32,000 nucleotides of DNA from NCBI GenBank assembly GCA_016699855.1, contig CP064988.1:1496988-1528987 (forward strand), given 5' to 3'. Each line of letters begins with the position of its first letter. Positions within the stretch are counted from its first letter, which is position 1. The notes under the pieces are model-generated. The model was given only the letters and a program-made list of their open reading frames with translations. It made no database searches and was not told where the DNA came from. Both the position numbers and the translations under genes were made by a program. The stretch is from Rhodospirillales bacterium (lineage in GTDB: Bacteria > Pseudomonadota > Alphaproteobacteria > Reyranellales > Reyranellaceae). This document shows positions 1 through 7,610 of this stretch, in pieces.

Positions 1-1284
1 CCGGAAGGATCGCTCGAAAAGCGCAATCACTGGGAGAAAACCAGTCACGCGCTGCTGGTCGGCGCGATCCTCCACGTCCTCTACGCTGAGGCCGACAAGA
101 CGCTAGCGGGCGTCGCCGCCTTCCTCTCCGATCCAAAGCGGCCGATCGAGTCGACGCTGGCCGCGATGATGAAGACCGCGCATCTCGGCGAAGCCGGTCC
201 GCATCCCGTCATCGCCAGCGCCGCGCGCGAGCTGCTCAACAAATCGGACAATGAGCGCAGCGGCGTGCTCTCGACGGCGATGTCGTTCCTCGGTCTTTAT
301 CGCGATCCCGTAGTCGCGGAAGTGACGCGGCGCTGCGACTGGCGCATCGCCGATATTGTCGGCGGCAAGCGGCCGTCGACGCTTTACCTCGTGGTGCCGC
401 CCTCGGACATCAATCGGACCAAGCCGCTGATACGCCTGATCCTCAATCAGGTCGGCCGGCGTCTCACCGAGGACTTGCAGGCGAAGGTCGGCCGGCACCG
501 GCTGCTTCTCATGCTGGACGAGTTTCCGGCGCTCGGCCGTCTCGACTTCTTCGAGTCCGCGCTGGCCTTCATGGCCGGCTACGGCCTCAAGAGCTTCCTG
601 ATCGCCCAGTCGCTCAACCAGATCGAAAAGGCCTACGGGCCGAATAACTCGATCCTCGACAACTGCCATGTCCGCGTCAGCTTCGCGACCAATGATGAGC
701 GGACGGCCAAGCGCGTCTCCGACGCGCTGGGCACCGCGACCGAGATGCGCGCGATGAAGAACTATGCCGGCCACCGGCTTTCGCCCTGGCTCGGCCACAT
801 GATGGTGTCGCGCTCGGAAACCGCCAGGCAATTGCTCACGCCCGGCGAGATCATGCAGCTTCCGCCGTCCGACGAGATCGTTATGGTCGCCGGCACGCCG
901 CCGATCCGGGCCAAGAAGGCGCGCTACTACGAGGACCGCCGGTTTCAGGAACGGGTGCTGCCGCCGCCCGCGGTCATCAAGCCGGATGAGGTTTCGTCTG
1001 ATGACTGGAGCCAACTGGCGTTGCCGCCGTCGCCGGAGGTCCTGCCAGCGGCGACGGGAGCCAATCCCGACGAGGAGGACACGACGGACTCCGAGCGCCG
1101 CCGCCAGCCCGAGCTGAGCCGAGTGCAGCCGATCGCCAAGGTGGCGCCGATCGAGAACGAGTTCGAGATCGACCCGGCGGACGACGCCGACGATGACGCC
1201 GCGCGTCTCAGCCGCATGAACCAGAACATGAGGCAGGTCGCGCGTCAGGCTTCGCTCGATCCCGGCGACGGCATCGAGCTGTAG
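1..1284 (+). CDS. traG: Conjugal transfer coupling protein TraG/VirD4 family, 5'-truncated by the window edge
   Basis: Frame 1 is open from nt 1 (PEGSLEKRNHWEKTSHALLVGAILHVLYAE...), so the listed M at 166 is internal. Contains LLMLDEFPALGRLDFFESALAFMAGYGLKSFLIAQSLNQIEKAYG (Walker-B-like DEF core of TraG/VirD4). The acidic C-terminal tail ends ...LDPGDGIEL, as in ICE TraG proteins. Confidence 0.9.
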   Translation, partial: PEGSLEKRNHWEKTSHALLVGAILHVLYAEADKTLAGVAAFLSDPKRPIESTLAAMMKTAHLGEAGPHPVIASAARELLNKSDNERSGVLSTAMSFLGLYRDPVVAEVTRRCDWRIADIVGGKRPSTLYLVVPPSDINRTKPLIRLILNQVGRRLTEDLQAKVGRHRLLLMLDEFPALGRLDFFESALAFMAGYGLKSFLIAQSLNQIEKAYGPNNSILDNCHVRVSFATNDERTAKRVSDALGTATEMRAMKNYAGHRLSPWLGHMMVSRSETARQLLTPGEIMQLPPSDEIVMVAGTPPIRAKKARYYEDRRFQERVLPPPAVIKPDEVSSDDWSQLALPPSPEVLPAATGANPDEEDTTDSERRRQPELSRVQPIAKVAPIENEFEIDPADDADDDAARLSRMNQNMRQVARQASLDPGDGIEL

Positions 1285-1294
1285 GAGGCCAGCG

Positions 1295-1726
1295 ATGACG
1301 AAATCGCCGAAGAAGCAGCGGCTCTCCGTCTATCTCGAGCCCGACGTCATGAAGGCCCTCTCAGCGTACGCCGCTCGGCGCGGCCACTCTCTGTCGCTCG
1401 TCGCCGAGGCCGGTATCGCGTCCTTACTTTCACCCGACGCGGCCGAGCGCCAGGAGGCGGTGATCACCAAGCGGCTCGACCAGCTCGACCGGCGCATGAC
1501 CCGCGTGGAGCGCGATGTCGGTATCTCGGTCGAAACGCTGGCGATCTTCGTCCGGTTCTGGCTCACCACGACGCCGGCCTTGCCTGAGCCCGCCGCTCAG
1601 GCCGCTCGCGCCAAGGCCGGCGAGCGGTACGAGGCGTGCATCGCAGCTTTGGGCCGTCGGCTCGCGAGCGGGCCGAAGCTCCGGCAGGAAATTTCGGAGG
1701 ACATCGGGCCTATGCGCGACGATTAG
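1295..1726 (+). CDS. Ribbon-helix-helix (CopG-family) protein typical of the traG-trbB interval of Trb-type ICEs
   Basis: N-terminus KKQRLSVYLEPDVMKALSAYAARRGHSLSLVAEAGI has the RHH beta-strand/helix pattern. It starts 11 nt after the traG stop, in the same orientation. Confidence 0.7.
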   Translation: MTKSPKKQRLSVYLEPDVMKALSAYAARRGHSLSLVAEAGIASLLSPDAAERQEAVITKRLDQLDRRMTRVERDVGISVETLAIFVRFWLTTTPALPEPAAQAARAKAGERYEACIAALGRRLASGPKLRQEISEDIGPMRDD

Positions 1727-1775
1727 GGGTCGCTGGCTGGGCACTGGATAGAGCCGCGGAACGTGTGCATCTCGC

Positions 1776-2652
1776 TCAACCTCCCGACAGGAGAATCACG
1801 CCGGCGACCAGTACCCCGCAGCCCGCGAACCGCCACGGCCCGACTTTCTCGCGCAGGATCACCATGCCCATGATCGCGCCGACCATCATCGACATTTCGC
1901 GCATGGGGGCGACCAGGCTGAGCGGTGCGCCCGACGTCAGTGCCGCCAGTACGAGAATGTAGGACAGAGGAGAGAGCAGTCCCACGCCGACCGCAATCCA
2001 CCAGTAGCCGCGCATGGCATCGATGGCGCGACGGGGGTTGGCGATCACGAGCGGCGCCAGAAGGAAGAACCGCAGCAGATTCGAGAACCAGTCCAGCACG
2101 ACCGGCGCGATTCCAAGTGCTTTGACGGCGTAGGCGTCAAAGCACCGTGTAGGATGCGATCAGGCCGCCCGTTGCGGTGCCCCAACGCACGCCCGATTGC
2201 CCGCCCGGACGCCGGAAGGCGGATAGATCGCCCTGGGTGGCGATAAGGCCGATCCCGACAACAACAAGGAGCAACCCTGCTAGCCCTTGCTCGGACGGCC
2301 GTTCTCCAAGGATCAGGAATGCGCCGAGCGTCGAGAGCATGGGGCCGGTGCCTCGGGCAACTGGATAGACTACCGACAGGTCAGCAACCTGATAACCGCG
2401 TTGCAGGCAGAGGCTATAGGCCAGATGAATGAGGCCGCTGAGCAGCAGGAAGACGATGCCGATCCATGACCAGTCAATGCCGTCGCCTTGTATGAGCAGG
2501 TAGAACACCCACGGCGCATAGGCGATGCAGGCGATCAGATTGTAGGCAAAAACGAAGATCGGGCCGACCGATGCGGCCCGTTTGGCGAGCAGATTCCAAC
2601 TTGCGTGAATGAGGGATGCAAGGACAACAAGCAGCAGCGAGGCGAACGCCAT
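1776..2652 (-). pseudogene. EamA/DMT-superfamily transporter, interrupted by a single-nucleotide frameshift near 2139-2145
   Basis: Two minus-strand ORFs (2652-2137, 171 aa; 2099-1776, 107 aa) are both highly hydrophobic. Together they give about 280 aa, the size of a two-repeat EamA protein. Frame A reads ...GGLIASYTVL-stop. Shifting one nt gives ...DAYAVKALGIAPVVLDWFSNLL..., which runs straight into the second ORF. AGGAGG lies 5 nt upstream of the ATG at 2652. Confidence 0.75.
2117..2145. repeat. Perfect 10-bp inverted repeat GTGCTTTGAC-N9-GTCAAAGCAC spanning the EamA frameshift and premature stop
   Basis: Read directly: 2117-2126 GTGCTTTGAC, 2136-2145 GTCAAAGCAC. The minus-strand TGA stop (2139-2137) lies inside the right arm. 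Confidence 0.9.
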
Positions 2653-2693
2653 CGAGACCTCCTAACGCGCCAACCGGCGCTGGTTGATCTCGA
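2652..2693 (-). promoter_or_regulatory. Possible expression platform: helix that sequesters the SD 3' end and the first nt of the start codon of the EamA gene
   Basis: RNA UCGAGAUC (2693-2686) can pair with GGUCUCGA (2659-2652): 8 bp with one G-U. The 3' strand covers the last two G of AGGAGG, the spacer and the A of AUG. An inner hairpin GCGCC-GGUU-GGCGC (2680-2667) is nested inside. Confidence 0.4.
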
Positions 2694-2696
2694 CTT

Positions 2697-2795
2697 CTCC
2701 GCCTCTGGGATTTTGCCCCTCGGGTGCAGCCGTGGAACTCCCACGGTTTCTGCAACGCTCGGTCCAGCGACGGATGTACCGTCCGGAACCCTAGT
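2697..2795 (-). promoter_or_regulatory. ykkC-class (guanidine-I-like) riboswitch aptamer in the 5' leader of the EamA gene; ligand subtype undetermined
   Basis: Minus strand reads A-CUAGGGUUCCGG-(GACGG UACAU CCGUC)-GCUGGACCGAGCG-UUGCAGAAA-(CCGUGG GAGUU CCACGG)-CUGCACCCGA-(GGGG CAAAA UCCC)-AGAGGCGGAG. The conserved blocks match the remembered ykkC-yxkD consensus in order, and the variable hairpins sit in the expected places. Confidence 0.7.
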
Positions 2796-2816
2796 TGCCA
2801 CTCGGTCGATGCGGCG

Positions 2817-2846
2817 ACTTTAGTTCATACTCGCGCCTGCAAGCAA
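2817..2846 (-). promoter_or_regulatory. Candidate sigma70-type promoter for the riboswitch-EamA transcript
   Basis: Minus strand TTGCTT (2846-2841), 18-nt spacer, TAAAGT (2822-2817). The predicted start is roughly 15-20 nt upstream of the aptamer. Weak match, read by eye only. Confidence 0.2.
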
Positions 2847-2949
2847 GCAGGTGAGGCATCAGTTCAGATGTCGTAACAGCACGACGGACGATCTTGTTGA
2901 TGCCGCGTTGTAGACCTGCGGCAAGGTGTACCGGCATTTGAGGTTAACT

Positions 2950-3396
2950 ATGCCTGCCCCATCTGCGCTTCGCATCCTGGTCATGACAGTCGCGTTCGTA
3001 CCGGCCCTGCTCAGCTGCAGGCCAGCAGAGGTGACTCCGGTTGCGGTTTCTCCGCTTGCCACACCGAATGTCGTCATGGCCGCCGATCCGCAGCCGCCAT
3101 TCACGTACTGGGCGCCTGAAAAATCGATAATCCGAAATCATCCGCGTCAGCCCGGTATCTGGATCGCGGAGTCCCCGGATGGCTCGCGCAAATATTATTA
3201 CGGCGACCAGTGCCGTGCGTCGGAATTCCAACGCTTCGTGGGTCAGAGCGTCGACGCGCTTCCGGAAAAGCCAGCCGATGCGACGTGGCGCCTGACTTGT
3301 TCGACATGCATGGTAACGTCCGACCTGGGTTGGAAGCGGATGAATGTTTCGTACGATCAGCAAACGAGAATGATCAACGACATCTCGTGCGGTTAG
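2950..3396 (+). CDS. Secreted lipoprotein with a C-terminal peptidase-inhibitor-I78-like domain
   Basis: GAGG lies 6 nt upstream of the ATG at 2950 (the track start at 2926 is a GTG further upstream). Signal peptide plus lipobox MPAPSALRILVMTVAFVPALLSC. The C-terminus CRASEFQRFVGQSVDALPEK...MVTSDLGWKRMNVSYDQQTRMINDISCG follows the I78 pattern C..a..q.lvGq ... vTmD....RlNv.yD....I..isCG as I remember it. Confidence 0.6.
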   Translation: MPAPSALRILVMTVAFVPALLSCRPAEVTPVAVSPLATPNVVMAADPQPPFTYWAPEKSIIRNHPRQPGIWIAESPDGSRKYYYGDQCRASEFQRFVGQSVDALPEKPADATWRLTCSTCMVTSDLGWKRMNVSYDQQTRMINDISCG

Positions 3397-3426
3397 CGCC
3401 AATACAATCGTCCTAGTATTCTGGCG
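3397..3426 (+). terminator. Weak candidate intrinsic terminator after the lipoprotein gene
   Basis: CGCCAATAC (3397-3405), 10-nt loop, GTATTCTGGCG (3416-3426), with a 2-nt bulge. Followed by a T-rich but interrupted tract (ttcccgccgtttccctgtctttgt). Confidence 0.25.
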
Positions 3427-3564
3427 TTCCCGCCGTTTCCCTGTCTTTGTACGCTACAGTACGACGACCACATTTCGGTTGTTGTAATGCCCTGAATTCT
3501 GCCTCTTCTACTCATCCCCGATCCAGGGCCGCTTTTCGCGGGCCCGCACGAGAACGGGGACGAC

Positions 3565-4548
3565 GTGGCGGCAACTCACCAGAAATCGGAGGCAATCCTT
3601 CGCGGCGCACGCATGCTGCGCACGGCCCTTGGGCCGGCGATCGCCCAATTTCTGGAAGATCCCGCGATCGTCGAGGTGATGCTCAACCCCGATGGGCGGC
3701 TCTGGGTCGACCGCCTGTCCGAGGGACTCTCCGACACGGGCGAACGGCTGTCGCCGGCCGACGGCGAACGCATCGTTCGCCTCGTCGCGCACCATGTCGG
3801 CGCCGAAGTTCATCCGGCCAGCCCCCGCGTCTCTGCCGAGTTGCCGGAAACGGGCGAGCGGTTCGAGGGGCTGCTTCCGCCGGTCGTCGCAGCTCCGGCC
3901 TTCGCGATCCGAAAGCCCGCCGTCGCCGTGTTCACGCTCGACGACTATGTATGGACCGGCGTGATGACCGCCAACCAGGCGGAGACGCTGCGGGTCGCCG
4001 TCGTCGAGCGCCGCAATATCCTAGTCGCCGGCGGCACCTCGACTGGAAAGACCACGCTCACCAACGCACTGCTCGCCGAGGTTTCAAAAACCTCCGATCG
4101 TGTGGTGCTGATCGAGGACACGCGCGAGCTCCAATGCGCCGCCCCGAACCTCGTCGCGATGCGGACGAAGGACGGCGTCGTCACGCTGTCCGATCTCGTC
4201 CGATCCTCGCTGCGCCTGCGCCCTGATCGCATCCCGATCGGCGAGGTGCGCGGCGCTGAAGCGCTCGATCTGCTCAAGGCCTGGGGCACCGGCCACCCCG
4301 GCGGCATCGGCACCATCCATGCGGGCACCGCCATCGGCGCGCTCCGCCGCCTCGAGCAGCTCATCCAGGAAGCTGTCGTCACGGTTCCCCGCGCCCTGAT
4401 CGCCGAGACGATCGATCTGGTCGCCGTGCTCTCAGGCCGCGGCGCCTCGCGCCGGCTCGCCGAACTCGCTCGCGTCGAAGGGCTCGGCCCCGACGGCGAC
4501 TACCGCGTCCTGCCCGCCAGCCAGCACCTCACAGGAGATCCGTCATGA
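3565..4548 (+). CDS. trbB: P-type conjugative transfer ATPase TrbB (VirB11 family)
   Basis: Walker [10 protein letters not shown]. Also has [41 protein letters not shown] and IHAGTA motifs. GTG start with GGGGA 4 nt upstream. Confidence 0.9.
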   Translation: MAATHQKSEAILRGARMLRTALGPAIAQFLEDPAIVEVMLNPDGRLWVDRLSEGLSDTGERLSPADGERIVRLVAHHVGAEVHPASPRVSAELPETGERFEGLLPPVVAAPAFAIRKPAVAVFTLDDYVWTGVMTANQAETLRVAVVERRNILVAGGTSTGKTTLTNALLAEVSKTSDRVVLIEDTRELQCAAPNLVAMRTKDGVVTLSDLVRSSLRLRPDRIPIGEVRGAEALDLLKAWGTGHPGGIGTIHAGTAIGALRRLEQLIQEAVVTVPRALIAETIDLVAVLSGRGASRRLAELARVEGLGPDGDYRVLPASQHLTGDPS

Positions 4549-4877
4549 TCCAGCATGCCATGCGTATTCGCCGTCATATCGCGACGGCCGCCTCCGTCAC
4601 CTTCCTCACCCTGGCGCTCGCTCCCGCCGCCCACGCGTCGGGTTCATCGATGCCGTGGGAAGCGCCGCTGCAATCGATCCTTCAATCCATCGAGGGACCC
4701 GTCGCCAAGATCGTTGCGGTGATCATCATCATCGTGACTGGCCTCACGCTCGCCTTCGGCGACACCTCGGGCGGCTTCAGGCGCCTGATCCAGATTGTCT
4801 TCGGCCTGTCGATCGCCTTCGCCGCTTCCAGCTTCTTCCTGTCCTTCTTCTCGTTCGGCGGCGGAGCGCTAGTCTGA
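4545..4877 (+). CDS. trbC: Conjugative pilin precursor TrbC (VirB2 family)
   Basis: ATGA overlap with the trbB stop. Signal peptide ending ...APAAHASG, followed by two hydrophobic helices. Position between trbB and trbD. Confidence 0.85.
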   Translation: MIQHAMRIRRHIATAASVTFLTLALAPAAHASGSSMPWEAPLQSILQSIEGPVAKIVAVIIIIVTGLTLAFGDTSGGFRRLIQIVFGLSIAFAASSFFLSFFSFGGGALV

Positions 4878-5158
4878 TGACGACGTCGGCCGAGACGGCG
4901 AGCGAAGTGCCGGGCTTTTCGGTCCCCGTCCATCGCGCGCTGACCGAGCACATCCTGCTCGGCGGTGCGCCTCGCTCGATCGCCATCCTAAATGGGACGC
5001 TGGCGGCGGCGCTCGGGCTGGGCCTTCGCCTCTGGCTCGTTGGAATTGGCCTCTGGGCGATCGGTCACTTCGCCGCCGTCTGGGCCGCCAAACGCGATCC
5101 GCAGTTCGTCGACGTCGTGCGCAGGCATCTGCGCATCCCCGGCCATCTGTCGGTTTGA
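4877..5158 (+). CDS. trbD: Conjugal transfer protein TrbD (VirB3 family)
   Basis: ATG at 4877 overlaps the trbC TGA by 1 nt and is in frame with track ORF 4655-5158. MTTSAETASEVPGFSVPVHRALTEHILLGGAPR... is the usual TrbD N-terminus. 93 aa. Confidence 0.85.
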   Translation: MTTSAETASEVPGFSVPVHRALTEHILLGGAPRSIAILNGTLAAALGLGLRLWLVGIGLWAIGHFAAVWAAKRDPQFVDVVRRHLRIPGHLSV

Positions 5159-5174
5159 GGGGTGTGCCGCCGTG

Positions 5175-7610
5175 ATGAACCTTGCCGAATATCGCAACCG
5201 CAACGCCCGGCTCGCCGACTTCCTTCCCTGGGTCGCGCTGGTGGGCGAAGGCGTTGTCCTCAACAAGGACGGGAGCCTGCAACGCACCGCCCGATTTCGC
5301 GGCCCCGATCTCGACAGCGCCGTGCCGGCCGAGCTGATCGCCGTCGCCGGGCGGCTCAACAATGCCTTCCGCCGCCTCGGCTCCGGCTGGGCGATCTTCG
5401 TCGAGGCGCAGCGGCACGGCGCCGCCACCTATCCCGCCAGCATGTTCGCCGACAGCGCCTCCGCGCTGGTCGACGCCGAACGCAAGGCGGATTTCGAGGA
5501 AGCCGGCGCGCATTTCGAGTCGAGCTACTTCCTGACCTTCCTCTATCTGCCCCCAGCCGAAGATGCCGCCCGCGCCGAGACCTGGCTCTATGAGGGCCGC
5601 GACCACACCGGCGTCGACGCCCACGAAGTCCTGCGCGGCTTTGTCGATCGCACCGATCGCATCCTCCAGCTGATCGACGCCTTCATGCCGGAATGCGCCT
5701 GGCTCGATGACGCCGAGACGCTGACCTTCCTGCATTCGACGGTCTCGACGAAACGCCACCGCGTTCGCGTGCCCGAGACGCCGATCTATCTCGATGCACT
5801 GCTGGCCGATCAGCCGCTCACCGGCGGGCTCGAGCCGCGCCTTGGCGACACGCATCTCCGCATCCTTTCGATCGTTGGATTTCCGACCGCGACCACGCCC
5901 GGGATCCTCGACGAGTTGAATCGGCTCGCCTTTCCCTATCGCTGGTCGACCAGGGCCGTTCTCCTCGACAAGACCGACGCCACCAGGCTGCTGACCAAGA
6001 TCCGGCGGCAATGGTTCGCCAAGCGCAAGTCGATCGCGGCCATCCTGAAGGAGGTCATGACCAACGAGGCTTCGGCGCTGCTTGACACCGACGCCGCGAA
6101 CAAGGCGGCCGACGCAGACATGGCGTTGCAGGAGCTCGGCGCCGACTATGCTGGCCAAGCCTATGTCACCGCGACGATCACCGTCTGGGACGAGGATCCG
6201 CGCATCGCCGCAGAGAAGCTGCGCCTCGTCGAGAAGGTCATCCAGGGCCGCGACTTCACCGCCATGCCCGAGACCATCAACGCCGTCGACGCCTGGCTCG
6301 GCAGCCTGCCCGGCCACGCCTATGCCAATGTCCGGCAGCCGCCCATCAACACGCTCAATCTCGCCCACATGATCCCGCTGTCGGCGGTATGGGCGGGACC
6401 GGAACGGGACGAGCACTTCGCAGCACCCCCACTGCTGTTCGGCAAGACCGAAGGCTCGACCCCGTTCCGGCTTTCCATCCACGTCGGCGACGTCGGTCAC
6501 ACGCTGATCGTCGGACCGACCGGCGCCGGCAAGTCCGTGCTGCTGGCGCTTATGGCGCTGCAGTTTCGGCGCTACGAGCGGTCTCAGGTCTTCGCCTTCG
6601 ATTTCGGTGGGTCGATCCGGGCTGTGGCGCTCGCCATGCGCGGCGATTGGCACGACCTCGGCGGCGGACTCACCGAAGGCGCCGATGACAGCGTGTCGCT
6701 TCAGCCGCTTGCCCGGATCGACGATGTCGCGGAACGCGCCTGGGCGGCTGACTGGCTCACCGCCATGCTGGGACACGAGAGTGTGGCGATCACGCCCGAG
6801 GTGAAGGAGCATCTCTGGTCGGCGCTTTCGTCGCTCGCCTCCGCACCGATCGGCGAGCGCACACTGACGGGACTGTCGGTCCTGCTGCAGTCCAACGATC
6901 TCAAGCAGGCGCTTCGGCCCTACTGCGTTGGCGGTCCCTACGGGCGCCTGCTCGACGCCGAAGCCGAACATTTGGGCGAAGCCTCAGTGCAGGCATTCGA
7001 GACCGAGGGTCTCATCGGAACGGGCGCCGCCGCCGCGGTCCTGGCCTATCTCTTCCATCGCATCGAGGACCGCCTCGACGGGCGGCCGACGCTGCTGATC
7101 GTCGATGAAGGCTGGCTCGCCCTTGATGACGAGGGCTTCGCGGGTCAGCTTCGCGAATGGCTGAAGACGCTACGCAAGAAGAACGCCAGCGTCATCTTCG
7201 CCACCCAGTCGCTCTCTGACATCGATGGCTCGGCGATCGCGCCCGCCATTATCGAGAGCTGCCAGACCCGTATCCTGCTGCCGAACGAACGCGCGATCGA
7301 GCCGCAGATCACCGCGATCTATCGCCGCTTCGGGTTGAACGACCGCCAGATCGAGATTCTCGCCCGGGCGATTCCCAAGCGCGACTATTACTGCCAGTCG
7401 CGCAGCGGCAATCGCTTGTTTGAGCTCGGCCTGTCGGATGTGGCGCTCGCCCTCTGCGCAACGTCCTCAAAGACCGATCAGGCTGCGATCGCGCAGACGA
7501 TCGCAGCGCACGGGCGCGAGGACTTCCTGGCGGCCCGGCTGCGCCAGCGCGGCCTCGGCTGGGCCGCCGATCTCATCCCCAACCTCAACAACATGGAGAC
7601 GTCCTCATGA
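5175..7610 (+). CDS. trbE: Conjugal transfer ATPase TrbE (VirB4 family)
   Basis: In-frame ATG at 5175 (or GTG at 5172), 17 nt after the trbD stop: MNLAEYRNRNARLADFLPWVALV... Walker A GPTGAGKS, Walker B LLIVDEGW. About 811 aa. The track start at 4992 would overlap trbD. Confidence 0.92.
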   Translation: MNLAEYRNRNARLADFLPWVALVGEGVVLNKDGSLQRTARFRGPDLDSAVPAELIAVAGRLNNAFRRLGSGWAIFVEAQRHGAATYPASMFADSASALVDAERKADFEEAGAHFESSYFLTFLYLPPAEDAARAETWLYEGRDHTGVDAHEVLRGFVDRTDRILQLIDAFMPECAWLDDAETLTFLHSTVSTKRHRVRVPETPIYLDALLADQPLTGGLEPRLGDTHLRILSIVGFPTATTPGILDELNRLAFPYRWSTRAVLLDKTDATRLLTKIRRQWFAKRKSIAAILKEVMTNEASALLDTDAANKAADADMALQELGADYAGQAYVTATITVWDEDPRIAAEKLRLVEKVIQGRDFTAMPETINAVDAWLGSLPGHAYANVRQPPINTLNLAHMIPLSAVWAGPERDEHFAAPPLLFGKTEGSTPFRLSIHVGDVGHTLIVGPTGAGKSVLLALMALQFRRYERSQVFAFDFGGSIRAVALAMRGDWHDLGGGLTEGADDSVSLQPLARIDDVAERAWAADWLTAMLGHESVAITPEVKEHLWSALSSLASAPIGERTLTGLSVLLQSNDLKQALRPYCVGGPYGRLLDAEAEHLGEASVQAFETEGLIGTGAAAAVLAYLFHRIEDRLDGRPTLLIVDEGWLALDDEGFAGQLREWLKTLRKKNASVIFATQSLSDIDGSAIAPAIIESCQTRILLPNERAIEPQITAIYRRFGLNDRQIEILARAIPKRDYYCQSRSGNRLFELGLSDVALALCATSSKTDQAAIAQTIAAHGREDFLAARLRQRGLGWAADLIPNLNNMETSS

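Noticed and set aside
3449-3463. GTACG-N5-GTACG direct repeat upstream of trbB as a possible CopG/RHH operator
   Set aside because: It is only two 5-mers and there is no supporting promoter match, so it is too weak to call.
3526-3545. GC hairpin GGGCCGC-TTTTC-GCGGGCCC 20 nt upstream of the trbB GTG, considered as a terminator or attenuator
   Set aside because: There is no following T-tract, one bulged G, and the hairpin is short. It may be regulatory, but nothing in the sequence distinguishes it from a chance GC-rich palindrome.
4869-6971. 700-aa ORF on the minus strand opposite trbE, plus similar long antisense or alternate-frame ORFs (103-1014 -, 3447-4226 +, 7673-8701 -, 18214-19152 -, 19279-20145 -, 22327-23502 +)
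   Set aside because: Their translations are Arg/Gly/Ala/Pro-rich low-complexity sequence with no family resemblance. They lie fully inside strongly supported genes on the other strand or frame. Long stop-free shadow frames are expected at this GC content.
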